From IMG/VR virus record IMGVR_UViG_3300031992_000011: a stretch of 64,000 bases of DNA. One strand, given 5' to 3'. Shown here piece after piece: positions 45,680-55,959 of the stretch; position 1 is the stretch's first letter, and each line of letters opens with the position of its first letter. Both the position numbers and the translations under genes were made by a program. The DNA comes from a virus (lineage: Duplodnaviria > Caudoviricetes). A model generated the notes under the pieces. The model was not told the DNA's origin and ran no database searches. It was given only the letters and a program-made list of their open reading frames with translations.

Positions 45680-46462
45680 TTGTCACACCACATCATTCAG
45701 TTCAACCGGGAATCTTGCATACAGGCAAGATCCATATTAGGGAAGGACAAAACCGCAAGTGTAACATGGCGGTTCAATTTTGCGCCCAGCAACCGAATCG
45801 GAAACTGCACGAACCTTTACCGAAAGATCAGGCCAAAGAATGTCGAGGAGTTTTTTGACAAGTACGTCGGGTTCGCGGAGGAGCACCTGTCACTGCCGAT
45901 AAGGGACAGAGGTTTAACCGAGCACGAAATACTTCAGGTTGCGCGTGACTACAAGATGATGAGCGAGAACGGCACTGACAAGAACATCGAAGTGTCGACG
46001 TATCTGTACGACGCATTGTGCCACATCATAGTGGAAACATGGGACGGACAGAGAAACGAGCGCGAATTCGCTGATTTTTTACGGTCGCTCGGATATCGTT
46101 GTGAGAACTTCGACGGAAGCATAGACGCAAAATACGGTCTCGACATCAAGGTCACGCGGGCAGACGGGAGAGTTTCCGCCATCCAAATAAAGCCTGTCTC
46201 GTTTTTCCTGTCAAACCGTCCCGATGTGCAGATGGACCGCATCAACCTCTGCAAAAAGTATGAGGACGCGCTCGAACAACTTGGGGTCAAAACATATTAC
46301 GCAATATACAGGACCGACAAGGAAAGCGGAGACACCCTATGGTCAAAGAACGGGCAAGGGTTCAGATATCGCATCAATGAACTGTTCTCATATCAGAAGG
46401 GGGATATCGAAGGAACTTTCGCAAGAATGCCCCACACATACAATTTCCAACCGTTGCCATAA
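45680..46462 (+). CDS. putative PD-(D/E)XK restriction endonuclease (MjaI-like)
   Basis: IDAKYGLDI...AIQIKP; directly follows the methyltransferase; TTG start. Confidence 0.55.
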   Translation: MSHHIIQFNRESCIQARSILGKDKTASVTWRFNFAPSNRIGNCTNLYRKIRPKNVEEFFDKYVGFAEEHLSLPIRDRGLTEHEILQVARDYKMMSENGTDKNIEVSTYLYDALCHIIVETWDGQRNEREFADFLRSLGYRCENFDGSIDAKYGLDIKVTRADGRVSAIQIKPVSFFLSNRPDVQMDRINLCKKYEDALEQLGVKTYYAIYRTDKESGDTLWSKNGQGFRYRINELFSYQKGDIEGTFARMPHTYNFQPLP

Positions 46463-46624
46463 TGACGGACAAAGATGGATAAATGACATGGTTTCTATTG
46501 TTAACATTTATTAACAAAAAAGATTTTGTCATTCCATTTTTTTTACATACCTTTCGGTTGTTCCGTTTGAATGAGGCGGAACAATATACAAAGTACAACC
46601 ATTTTATAAAACATTAAAGTTAAC

Positions 46625-46846
46625 ATGAAAATTTCAATCAGCAAGACGAAAGCTACTATCATCGAGAAAATCAACGAGAAAATGCAAAACGACCCGGACT
46701 TCATGAAGACGTTCGTGCAGAACACAGATACTGTACCCGCAGAAGGCACTGATGCGTACAACTTTGTGACAGACCTCTTCGGAGAGTGGACGCTTGCCGG
46801 CATGGTGCAGATCCGTTCATGCATCGCAGGGTTGCTTTGCCGCTAA
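46625..46846 (+). CDS. hypothetical early protein
   Basis: Follows the TTAACA-box promoter at 46501-46556. Confidence 0.6.
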   Translation: MKISISKTKATIIEKINEKMQNDPDFMKTFVQNTDTVPAEGTDAYNFVTDLFGEWTLAGMVQIRSCIAGLLCR

Positions 46847-46866
46847 TCCAAAATAACACAACGGTC

Positions 46867-47571
46867 ATGAAAACAATGAAATTAAGTATTGAGCGCCTAA
46901 TGGTCGGGGACTATGTCTACTACGACGGCAATGTATTCATCGAGGACGAATACGAACCTGCTGTCGAGTTGGAAATCGTTAAGATTCTCAATGGGGACGA
47001 CATAGACCTTGCCTACGAGGAATGTTTCTATGGCATTCCGTTGTCTGATGATTCGTTGACCCGATTTGGGTTCAAAAAAGCGACCGAGAAATGTGAAGAC
47101 CCGTTCAACGAAGGAACCGAGTTGACGATGCACGTTGCCGAGTTCAAGGAACAATTGTCAGGTGACGGTGTTGCCACGAACCGAGTTGTTGTCTACCCTG
47201 GCGGGTCTGTCAGCATTGATTCGGCAACGTGCCACATTACGGTACACTGTGAGTACATCCACGAGATTCAGCACGCCATGCGGGTGGCCGGAATGAAGAA
47301 GGATTTGGTATTGACAGAAGACAAACCATTGGCAATGACAGAAGACGAACCGGCGAATCAGTGGCACGACAACGAAAAAGAGGACATTTGGGACTCGTTC
47401 GATGACTGGGAATTTCACCATTTCATCTGTATGATGAAGGACGGCAATGTTGTCACATTTAGAGGCATTTGTGACGAGACTGCGGACGGTGAAATACACA
47501 AGCACATAGACTGCACGGACGCTGACTATAACACGGACGACATCCGTTGTTGGGTTGAAACGCCACGATAG
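46867..47571 (+). CDS. hypothetical protein
   Basis: LMVGDYV..GIPL..FGF..EYIHEIQHA pattern typical of Bacteroidota phage hypotheticals. Confidence 0.6.
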   Translation: MKTMKLSIERLMVGDYVYYDGNVFIEDEYEPAVELEIVKILNGDDIDLAYEECFYGIPLSDDSLTRFGFKKATEKCEDPFNEGTELTMHVAEFKEQLSGDGVATNRVVVYPGGSVSIDSATCHITVHCEYIHEIQHAMRVAGMKKDLVLTEDKPLAMTEDEPANQWHDNEKEDIWDSFDDWEFHHFICMMKDGNVVTFRGICDETADGEIHKHIDCTDADYNTDDIRCWVETPR

Positions 47572-47590
47572 ACCTGTTAACTACTCACGA

Positions 47591-48049
47591 ATGAAAAATA
47601 TGATTGACACAAGAGAACTACGAGAGAAGATAAAGGAAAACGCCATCCGTTTGAACGACATGGGGCGTGAAGTCGAAACCAAAAAGAGGGAAATCAATCA
47701 TCAGGCACTGGAACTCATTTCAAAACTGAAAGAAATCCCCAATTGGGAGGAGTTGGTGCGTGAGACATCTAGATGGGTGTTACAGGTCCCTGGTTTCACT
47801 AAAAGATGCTATGCTGACTGCGACACGTTGGATAATACAATAAGCATGTATTACACCACGCATGACGTTTTTGACATCGAACTTTTACTTTTTGAGATAC
47901 CTCTCGATGTCGAACTCGACGAGCTCGTCAAGGACGCAGTCAGAAAAAGCGATGAGTTGAAGAAGATACAGGAAAAGAAAAAGATGGAGAAAGAACTAGC
48001 TGAACTCAAAAGACTGCAGGAGAAATACAAAGACTACGAAAAGCAATAA
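47591..48049 (+). CDS. hypothetical coiled-coil protein
   Basis: In a run of short co-oriented ORFs. Confidence 0.55.
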   Translation: MKNMIDTRELREKIKENAIRLNDMGREVETKKREINHQALELISKLKEIPNWEELVRETSRWVLQVPGFTKRCYADCDTLDNTISMYYTTHDVFDIELLLFEIPLDVELDELVKDAVRKSDELKKIQEKKKMEKELAELKRLQEKYKDYEKQ

Positions 48050-48055
48050 AACAAT

Positions 48056-48274
48056 ATGGAAAGTCAGGAGGCGAAACTGTATAGCGGGAAGAGACTGGTA
48101 CATCAGTTGTACCTGCTTGGGTGTAACGACGACATTGACGAAATAACAATCGGAAAAGACGGCAATATGGTTGTTTCGACAATAGAGACGGTTCAGAAGG
48201 GCGAAGGAGACCATGTCGAATTCGTATCCGAGGAGAGAGAATATACAGGTATCACAAGAATCAGTTTCAAATAA
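48056..48274 (+). CDS. hypothetical protein
   Basis: 72-aa ORF. Confidence 0.55.
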   Translation: MESQEAKLYSGKRLVHQLYLLGCNDDIDEITIGKDGNMVVSTIETVQKGEGDHVEFVSEEREYTGITRISFK

Positions 48275-48278
48275 AGTC

Positions 48279-48527
48279 ATGGATAAGGAAAAACTAGAAA
48301 GACTGTTGAATGTCGCCATCAAGGTACTGCTTGGAGACGAGCATGAGGAGAACGGAACGTATTCCCTTTATTTCGACAGGGAGCTGTACATTGACACCAA
48401 CGGTGACAAAAGAAAGATTGCAGAATTGTTCAACGAAGGAAAACTTGACATTGTTGAGATGCCAGAATACCCATATGACAACCACTGCGGTCTAAAGTTA
48501 AAGTACAAGGACGAGAAGGAGGACTGA
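48279..48527 (+). CDS. hypothetical protein
   Basis: ATG at 48279 (MDKEKLE...). Confidence 0.5.
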   Translation: MDKEKLERLLNVAIKVLLGDEHEENGTYSLYFDRELYIDTNGDKRKIAELFNEGKLDIVEMPEYPYDNHCGLKLKYKDEKED

Positions 48528-48529
48528 CC

Positions 48530-48946
48530 ATGGACGATAACTTCAATTCTATTGATTATGCTGACCTTTATGACGTAAAACCTGGCGAGAAAGATTTCGG
48601 CGGCGCAATTGAAAGGGCAATTGAAGAAGGACCGAAACATGTCGGCGAAGACTTCCTCGACGCAAACGCCGAAATGCGTGAAATGAGAAGGGAGGAAGTC
48701 ATAAACAGTCTGCAATACAACGCGGCAAAGGAAGCGCTGCGTAGAAACGCAAACTCTGCCGATGATTTCGAGGATGGCGCAGAATACGGATACCAGTTTG
48801 CAATTGACAAGGTATGCAGATGGCTTGAGACGAACTGGGAAGATTTGGGTTACGCCTGGTTAAGAGGATACTCTGGCAAGGACGTTGCCGACTTTTTAAA
48901 AGAAGAAATTGAGAATGGAGAAACGGGACAAGGAAATACTGATTAG
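48530..48946 (+). CDS. hypothetical acidic protein
   Basis: 138-aa ORF. Confidence 0.55.
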   Translation: MDDNFNSIDYADLYDVKPGEKDFGGAIERAIEEGPKHVGEDFLDANAEMREMRREEVINSLQYNAAKEALRRNANSADDFEDGAEYGYQFAIDKVCRWLETNWEDLGYAWLRGYSGKDVADFLKEEIENGETGQGNTD

Positions 48947-49310
48947 GTTCATGTGCGAATGTCAGCCATACGGAATGAAGTGTGACGTACACGGACGCGT
49001 GCGTGAACTAAGATATGTCGACACCAAGAAAGGAACGGCTTGCTTCGAGTCTGAACTTGGAAACGGCTATGTTCCACAGGAGTATCCGATTGAGGAGGCA
49101 AAACCATATGTAAGGCCATTAAAAAACCTTACAGAGGAGGAGTTTTCCGAAATCAAACCGACGCTGCTTTCGACCCCATCAAACATTGAGGAGTCACTCG
49201 CCATAATAGACAAGTGGGGCTTTTTCGTGAGAAGAAAACATATTGACTATTTGGGACTGCTCGAAAATGGGCTAGGCGTCTCAACAGAAACGTTTAACCC
49301 GTACGAATAA
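48915..49310 (+). CDS. hypothetical protein
   Basis: KPYVRPL..LTEEE..HIDYLGLLENGL. Confidence 0.6.
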   Translation: MEKRDKEILIRFMCECQPYGMKCDVHGRVRELRYVDTKKGTACFESELGNGYVPQEYPIEEAKPYVRPLKNLTEEEFSEIKPTLLSTPSNIEESLAIIDKWGFFVRRKHIDYLGLLENGLGVSTETFNPYE

Positions 49311-49323
49311 AAACTATAAAGAT

Positions 49324-49680
49324 ATGGAAACATTCAATGTATTGTTATGGGACTTCAACAGAGATGAGCTTGAGTACTATGATGTGCTCCCTTATCTCAG
49401 GGACAGGTATGATGAGAGAAAGAAACGTTCCAAAAAGGTTGGAAAGGACAAGGAAGTCTCAAAGTTTTGGAAGGTCCCGGAGACGCTTGACGAGTTCAAG
49501 GAGTTCATCAAGGAAGAGTCCATGCACCAGTTCTGGGCGAGATGCGAATACGAGATGATTTGCCACGGATGGCCGGTGAGGAAGAACGACCATAAACTTG
49601 ACGTCCATGAGCAGATAATGATGAACCTCGACGTAATCGCGAGGATTATGCACGATGAATTGGGCAAGAAGGCTAAGTGA
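49324..49680 (+). CDS. hypothetical protein
   Basis: FWARCEYE..KLDVHEQI; terminator at about 49731-49769. Confidence 0.65.
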   Translation: METFNVLLWDFNRDELEYYDVLPYLRDRYDERKKRSKKVGKDKEVSKFWKVPETLDEFKEFIKEESMHQFWARCEYEMICHGWPVRKNDHKLDVHEQIMMNLDVIARIMHDELGKKAK

Positions 49681-49925
49681 CCGCCCCAACGGATTCATTC
49701 GTTGGTTTTCCCGCAGGCATGTTATGACACAAATCCTCCGAAAGGTGAAAAACCTGCCGGAGGATTTTCATGTTTAGTTTCTGTAAGTATATTAATTCGT
49801 GTGAACAACAGTCATATGCTTCTCTAAAAAGTTCCGTCAATTTTAACAATTTTTTTGAAAAAACTTTTGCGTATGAGAAATATTTTCACTACCTTTGCCA
49901 CATAAAGAAAAAAAAATAGTGAAAT

Positions 49926-50453
49926 ATGTCAAAAACAGTGAAGATGAAACAGATTGATGAGATGCAAATTTATGTCGTCAAGTCTGTCACCGGGCAATAT
50001 GAAGACAAGACGTTTCACGTCGAGCGTGCATTCACGACTGTCGAGTCGGCGAAGGCATATGCGAGGGCGATGAACAGTGACCTCAAAAAATACGAGGACG
50101 CCTATTCTCTATGTGATGATTACGAGAAGAAGCGTGACGGTGTATACCGAGAATACCTGAGAAGCGTCGACGCAGGACTTCTTGATAGATGTGAGCGACT
50201 GTTCGGTGGCGAAGAACCGACAGATGGAATTCTCACCGACGAACAGGAAGCGGATATCAACCGCTATGAAGAAATGTTCGCCGTTCTCATGAGAAACTGC
50301 GAATCAGATGAATTCACCAAAGCGGCCGTGTCTTATGGTCTTAGTGACGCGGAGATTGAAGAATTGCGCAACGCAGTGACATACGAGGAGAAATCGTATG
50401 AGATTCCTTATTATTATGTGCAGCACGAACCTGTGACGCTTAAACTGTTCTGA
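49926..50453 (+). CDS. hypothetical protein
   Basis: Promoter TACCTTTG at 49890. Confidence 0.6.
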   Translation: MSKTVKMKQIDEMQIYVVKSVTGQYEDKTFHVERAFTTVESAKAYARAMNSDLKKYEDAYSLCDDYEKKRDGVYREYLRSVDAGLLDRCERLFGGEEPTDGILTDEQEADINRYEEMFAVLMRNCESDEFTKAAVSYGLSDAEIEELRNAVTYEEKSYEIPYYYVQHEPVTLKLF

Positions 50454-50455
50454 GT

Positions 50456-51226
50456 ATGCGATATCTTGGTAGCAAAAGAAGGTTTGTGAAGTCAATGATG
50501 CCGGTGCTTCTGTCGGGAACAAACACCGACACAGTGTTTGTCGACGCGTTCTGCGGAGGATGCAATGTTGTGTCTGCCATCCCCCTCAAAAACAAGTTCG
50601 CCATAGACACCAACAAGTACATGATAGCCTTTTGGAAAGAAGCGGTGGACGAATACATGAACGGGGACGGTTTCACGTGCATGCTGCCGTCATACACCGA
50701 GGACACATACCGTGACGTGATGAGGTCTTACCGAGACAATGACGGCCGGTACAAGGACTCGTTCATCGGATATGTCGGTTCCGCCGGTTCTTGGGGTGGA
50801 GGATGGTTCAAGGGTTACCCGCACTACAATCCGAACAAGGACGAGGACCATCTTAAAGAGGCGTTCAACGGTGTCATCAAGCAGCTGTCGAATTGGAAGA
50901 GTCTTTCGAGCACTGTGTTCATCAACGCTTCATATGATGAGTTCGACTATCCGGCGGGATGTGTGATATACTGCGACCCGCCATACAGAGGGACTGTCGG
51001 ATACGAGAAGGAAAAGCAGTTTGACCATGCCGCATTCTGGGATTGGGTCAGAAAGATGAGTCGAAAAGGGCATAAGGTGTATGTCTCAGAATATGCCGCA
51101 CCTGACGATTTCAGATGCGTATGGTCCGCCGAGAAACCTGACGGTTTGGGCACATGCCGAACCGGATACAAACAGAACAGGAAAGTTGAACGCCTTTTCG
51201 TTTACGGAAATGAGGATCAAGATTGA
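50456..51226 (+). CDS. DNA adenine methyltransferase (D12/Dam-like)
   Basis: YLGSK, DAFCGG, YCDPPY, VYVSEY. Confidence 0.9.
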   Translation: MRYLGSKRRFVKSMMPVLLSGTNTDTVFVDAFCGGCNVVSAIPLKNKFAIDTNKYMIAFWKEAVDEYMNGDGFTCMLPSYTEDTYRDVMRSYRDNDGRYKDSFIGYVGSAGSWGGGWFKGYPHYNPNKDEDHLKEAFNGVIKQLSNWKSLSSTVFINASYDEFDYPAGCVIYCDPPYRGTVGYEKEKQFDHAAFWDWVRKMSRKGHKVYVSEYAAPDDFRCVWSAEKPDGLGTCRTGYKQNRKVERLFVYGNEDQD

Positions 51227-51791
51227 TTTGGACGGTGTGATAAGGGACATCGTGACGCCAATGTGCCATGTGTACAACCGTGACGTCCCACACGGCACCA
51301 AAGTAAGACCCGGTGACATTGTCCACTACGATGTCGGGGTGATGTTTCCGCAAATCGCTGAATGTGAAAAGTATGACGGACTTTGTGTGCGCGACATATT
51401 CTTCACCGGTGAAAATGCGCGTACAGTGTTTCTCGACAGAGCGCTTATCATTCCGGGCAGCGTCGAGGCCATCAGACGGATGATGGACGCCGGACACACA
51501 GTGTCCATCGTGACGTGGCAGATGAACGAGGACAACATACGTTACGCCATTGAGTTCCTGTCAAGGCACAAGGTGCCCTACGACGAGATAATGTTCACTC
51601 ACGCAAAGGAGATGGTGATAACCGACTTTGCCGTCGACGACAACCCGGAGTTCCTTGAGCCCGAAGGCCGGGAAGTGGGAAAGATATTGATAGACGCACC
51701 ATACAACAAGTGGTATGACCGTGCAGTCCGCAAGAATAGTCTGGCTGACGCCGCTGAATATATACTGACATTTAAACAAGAGACGACATGA
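51210..51791 (+). CDS. 5'(3')-deoxyribonucleotidase-like HAD phosphatase
   Basis: IDLDGVIRD, IVT, K, VDDNP, APYN. Confidence 0.8.
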   Translation: MRIKIDLDGVIRDIVTPMCHVYNRDVPHGTKVRPGDIVHYDVGVMFPQIAECEKYDGLCVRDIFFTGENARTVFLDRALIIPGSVEAIRRMMDAGHTVSIVTWQMNEDNIRYAIEFLSRHKVPYDEIMFTHAKEMVITDFAVDDNPEFLEPEGREVGKILIDAPYNKWYDRAVRKNSLADAAEYILTFKQETT

Positions 51792-53179
51792 CAAGTTTTT
51801 TCGGAGAATTGATAGACAGAGAGACGTTCGACGTCAGATGGGACGACGTGATGCAGATACCGGAGTTCAGCGTATTGTCTGAGACAAAACAGACGCCTGT
51901 TTGGCACAGGGAGGGTGACGCGATGGCACACACCCGTCTTGTGGTCGAGTCCATGCAGCGCAGAATAAACGGTGACACATCATTGAGTGATGACGACAAA
52001 CTCATACTTGTCGCCGCGGCGTTGTGCCATGACATAGGGAAGGGAACCACCACATCGTATGACGAGAGCAAAGGGGATTACGTGTCGCACAACCATTCGG
52101 TCGAAGGAGAAAGGATTGTCCGCGAGTTGTTCTTCGACGAGGACTTCGTCATCCGTGAGAGGGTGTGCAACCTTGTCAGACATCACATGACCTTCCATCA
52201 CATATTCGAGAAGGGAAAGGACAAGCAGTACCGTGACATCGAGCGGCTGATGCAGTCATGGAATCCGCTGACCATGCACCTTATGCTATGGGAATCGGAC
52301 TGTGAAGGTTCAATAAACGACATGAACACTACGGAAGAAACGGAGGCTGAACGTGAGGCGATCCTTGCGATGTCGCGCAAAGCGAGGATTGAGTCAGACC
52401 CCATGAAGAGGTTTGTCAGATATTTTGGACCGAAGTCAGAATCCTATCCGAAAAAAATTGACGCGGAATCCGGTTGCGACGAAGGAATCGCGCCGAGGAT
52501 GTTGGTTATGATAGGACTGCCCGGCAGCGGAAAGAACTTTTATATCGACAATCTGAGCGAGGACATGGAGGCGTTCGTGCTGTCACGCGACGACATCAGG
52601 ACAGAGATGGGACTTTCGGGTGAGAAACCGCAAGGAAACGCCGAAGAGGAGAACCGTGTGACCGAGATATTCAACGGCCGTCTGGAAGACGGAATCAGGG
52701 AAAGGATGAACATCGTGATAAACAATGTGAATCTCAGAAAACGCTACCGCGAGTATGTGGTCGGAATGGCAAGGCGCAACGGATACCGTGTGGAATATGT
52801 GATTGTCGACACGCCGCTTACACTGTGCCGCCACCGTCGTTACGGCATGATGCCCGAAAGCGTCATCACGCGTATGCTTCGTTCTGCCGACTTTCCTGAA
52901 CCGTACGAGTGCGACAAGATGACAGTCATCGAGACTCGGATGCACAAGTTCGACGCGGATGGATCCCATGTCGACAAACAATGGCTTGACGAGGTTGTGC
53001 GGCGTTTGGAGTCTGCCGGGGAGAAGGTTGACGACGAGAAAGTGAACATCATCGAGGAAAACCTGCTTCACGGGACAACCTACCCGTGCCTCACGACAGG
53101 GTACAACATCACAGAGAAAGGGAAGGATGTGTTTTTGGTGTACACTTTTGACCTTGAAGACGAAAGGAGGGACGTGTGA
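51788..53179 (+). CDS. HD phosphohydrolase fused to a polynucleotide-kinase-like P-loop domain
   Basis: WHREG..HT, LCHDIGK, HHM; GLPGSGK, SRDDIR. Confidence 0.85.
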   Translation: MTSFFGELIDRETFDVRWDDVMQIPEFSVLSETKQTPVWHREGDAMAHTRLVVESMQRRINGDTSLSDDDKLILVAAALCHDIGKGTTTSYDESKGDYVSHNHSVEGERIVRELFFDEDFVIRERVCNLVRHHMTFHHIFEKGKDKQYRDIERLMQSWNPLTMHLMLWESDCEGSINDMNTTEETEAEREAILAMSRKARIESDPMKRFVRYFGPKSESYPKKIDAESGCDEGIAPRMLVMIGLPGSGKNFYIDNLSEDMEAFVLSRDDIRTEMGLSGEKPQGNAEEENRVTEIFNGRLEDGIRERMNIVINNVNLRKRYREYVVGMARRNGYRVEYVIVDTPLTLCRHRRYGMMPESVITRMLRSADFPEPYECDKMTVIETRMHKFDADGSHVDKQWLDEVVRRLESAGEKVDDEKVNIIEENLLHGTTYPCLTTGYNITEKGKDVFLVYTFDLEDERRDV

Positions 53180-53394
53180 CATGACACTGGACAAAGCCGT
53201 TGATATTATTTACTACCCGTCTGACTTGTTTGGGAACAAACCGTCAGAAGACGACGTCAAGAAGGCACGTTCTGTCATCGACGAATATCTTAAGAAAAAA
53301 CGGGAAAAGAAAAAAGTTAAGAAAAATTAACAATTATTGTGTTGTATATCGTGGTATGAGACACTCATTTTAAAGGTATAAAGCATACCATACG

Positions 53395-53628
53395 ATGAGC
53401 AAGACAATATTTGATGTGAGCGGCAAGGCAAATGACCTGCTGTCCGTCAGCAATGACGGTTCGATGAAGATGACGAGACTTTTTGTGCTTGGCGATGGAC
53501 TTGATGTGGAAAACGACGAGGTTGTTGACTTATGTGTCACATCAACGAATCCGAACCTGTCACATCCGCTCTTTGACCAACTCATAGGCAACGAGATACG
53601 AATTACTGTAAGCGTAGAAGATAAATGA
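53395..53628 (+). CDS. hypothetical protein
   Basis: 77-aa ORF coupled to the next gene. Confidence 0.5.
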   Translation: MSKTIFDVSGKANDLLSVSNDGSMKMTRLFVLGDGLDVENDEVVDLCVTSTNPNLSHPLFDQLIGNEIRITVSVEDK

Positions 53629-54434
53629 TATACAAAAGTTCGCACGGCACTGTATACGCCACCGGTGACATACATGGAAACTTCACGGGTCTCGTAAAGT
53701 TCGTGGTTGAAAACCTCGAAAACTGCGACGTCATAGTCTGCGGCGACATAGGCGTTGGTTTCGAGAAATGCGCACATTATGAGAACATGTTCGCCAAACT
53801 GGACGCGAAACTTGCCTCGCGGGACGTGAAACTGTACATGTTCAGAGGAAACCATGACGATCCGGCATATTTCAACGGCGACAATGGAATGAAGGGGTTT
53901 GATAACATAATATTGGTCCCGGACTATTCGGTTCTGTTGTCTGCCGACGGATACACCATACTGATGATAGGCGGCGCGGTCTCAATAGACAGGAAGTACA
54001 GGATAGTAGGCGACACCGGCAGACGGAACATGTTCCTCCGTTACCATAACAGCGCTGAAGGATTCATCCCTACATTCTGGCCGAACGAGGAACCGTTCAT
54101 GTCGGTGGAAGATTTGCGGAGTATCGAGGACGAAGGCATTAGGGTCAACTGCATATGCACGCACACGTGCCCGTCAGACTGCCGGCCGCCATCAAGCGAA
54201 CTTCTTGAGAATGCGTTTGCCGCTGACCCGTCGTTAAGGGAGGACTTGGATGCCGAGGGCGGGACGATGGACACCATCAGGTCATGGATGAAGACGCACG
54301 GACACCCTCTGACGAGGTGGGTGTTCGGACATTACCACCAACACTACGACAATGAAATAGAAGGTATAAGGTACACTGCGCTTGACATGTACAGAGAGAG
54401 AAGGCAGAAACCTGACATCATAGAGATTTTGTAG
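53625..54434 (+). CDS. calcineurin-like metallophosphoesterase
   Basis: GDIHG, GDIG, RGNHD, THT, FGHYH. Confidence 0.88.
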   Translation: MIYKSSHGTVYATGDIHGNFTGLVKFVVENLENCDVIVCGDIGVGFEKCAHYENMFAKLDAKLASRDVKLYMFRGNHDDPAYFNGDNGMKGFDNIILVPDYSVLLSADGYTILMIGGAVSIDRKYRIVGDTGRRNMFLRYHNSAEGFIPTFWPNEEPFMSVEDLRSIEDEGIRVNCICTHTCPSDCRPPSSELLENAFAADPSLREDLDAEGGTMDTIRSWMKTHGHPLTRWVFGHYHQHYDNEIEGIRYTALDMYRERRQKPDIIEIL

Positions 54435-54453
54435 AACTTCAAATTGAAACGCG

Positions 54454-55959
54454 ATGGAGAAAAATGTGTTTTCACTTTCAGCAGACGCTCGCAAAGAGTA
54501 CTGCGCCTCAGTGGTTAGAATTGGGGAGTTGTTCCCTATTGAGGGTTCGGATTTCCTTGCGAGGACAGTCGTCGACGGTTTCGACGTCGTCGTCCGCAAG
54601 GACGAGGTGAGCACCGGCGACGTCATGGTGTACGCAGAGAACGAAACGATGCTGCACAAGGGATTCCTCGGGGCGAACAATCTGTTCGAACTGAGCGAGC
54701 GTTCCATGAACTCGAACGCCGAAGAAGTGGAGCGACTCATATCTGAAGGCAAGACTGATGAGGCGAAACGAAAGGTCGGGTTCTTCAACAAGCACGGACG
54801 GGTCAAGATGATACGTCTGCGCGGATGCCCGTCGATAGGATTCCTGTTCAACAAGGAGTCACTTGTCAAATGGGACAAGCGGTTCGGCAACGTGAACCTT
54901 GAGGACTACGTCGGAACAGAGTTCGACACCGTGTTCGGAGAACTGTTCATCAAGGTCTACATGCCACCTGTGCGAGAGACCAACAACACAGGCGGAGGGA
55001 AGAGCGCGAAACGCAACAAGTCACTGAAGAGGTTCGACCGGATCATCCCCGGCATGTTCTCGTTCCATTATGACACGGACCAGCTGAACAAGAACGTCTG
55101 GAAGATAAATCCTGACGACAAGATATGCGTGTCGGTGAAGTTGCACGGAACCAGTGGCATTTTCGGAAACGTGAAGATACGAAAACCGATCGTGCTCAAC
55201 GCCGCACAGAAGGTACTCAACCGCTCACTGCGCAAGACGGCGAAACGACGCGGCGACACGAGGTTCCTCAGACATCAGGCGAAGGACTTTATCGTCGGTT
55301 ATGGCAACGTATACTCTTCGCGCACGACCATAAAGAACAAGTACATCAACAAAGACGTAAAAGACGGTTTCTACGGCACTGATGTGTGGGCGGAGATAAA
55401 TGATATCATCCGGCCGCATTTGAGCGCAGGAATGACCGTTTACGGCGAAATAGTGGGATATGTCGGCGGTACGTCCAAGATGATACAGAAACAATATGAC
55501 TACGGGTGTGAAAGCGGTGTAAACAAAATCATGCCGTACCGCATCACTGTAGACAGCGAGGACGGAGGCAAGGCCGAATGGAACGTGACGGATGTCGCGA
55601 AATGGACCGCCGCCACCGCCAAGAAGGACAAGACGTTCGCGGAACGCTCGTTGGTCATACCGGTTCTGTACCACGGCAAGGCGAAGGACATGTATCCTGA
55701 CATACCGGTCGACAAGGATTGGCACGAACGGTTCCTCGCCGCAATGAAAACCGACAGCGAGAGACTGCTGATGGAGAGAAACGAACCGATGTGCAAAAAC
55801 AAGGTGCCAAGAGAGGGCGTGTGTGTGCGTATTGACAATGACAAGGTGGCTGAATGCTTCAAACTCAAGTGCGACGCGTTCAGGATGAAGGAGCAGAAAG
55901 ACATCGACGCAGGCATTGTGGACATCGAAACCGAGCAGTCATACGGAGAGGGGAAATGA
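54454..55959 (+). CDS. ATP-dependent RNA ligase with an N-terminal OB-like domain (DRB0094/Rnl-type)
   Basis: Motif I KLHGTS, YGEI, REGVC, FKLK; N-terminal PIEGSD..RLRG..SIG. Confidence 0.8.
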   Translation: MEKNVFSLSADARKEYCASVVRIGELFPIEGSDFLARTVVDGFDVVVRKDEVSTGDVMVYAENETMLHKGFLGANNLFELSERSMNSNAEEVERLISEGKTDEAKRKVGFFNKHGRVKMIRLRGCPSIGFLFNKESLVKWDKRFGNVNLEDYVGTEFDTVFGELFIKVYMPPVRETNNTGGGKSAKRNKSLKRFDRIIPGMFSFHYDTDQLNKNVWKINPDDKICVSVKLHGTSGIFGNVKIRKPIVLNAAQKVLNRSLRKTAKRRGDTRFLRHQAKDFIVGYGNVYSSRTTIKNKYINKDVKDGFYGTDVWAEINDIIRPHLSAGMTVYGEIVGYVGGTSKMIQKQYDYGCESGVNKIMPYRITVDSEDGGKAEWNVTDVAKWTAATAKKDKTFAERSLVIPVLYHGKAKDMYPDIPVDKDWHERFLAAMKTDSERLLMERNEPMCKNKVPREGVCVRIDNDKVAECFKLKCDAFRMKEQKDIDAGIVDIETEQSYGEGK

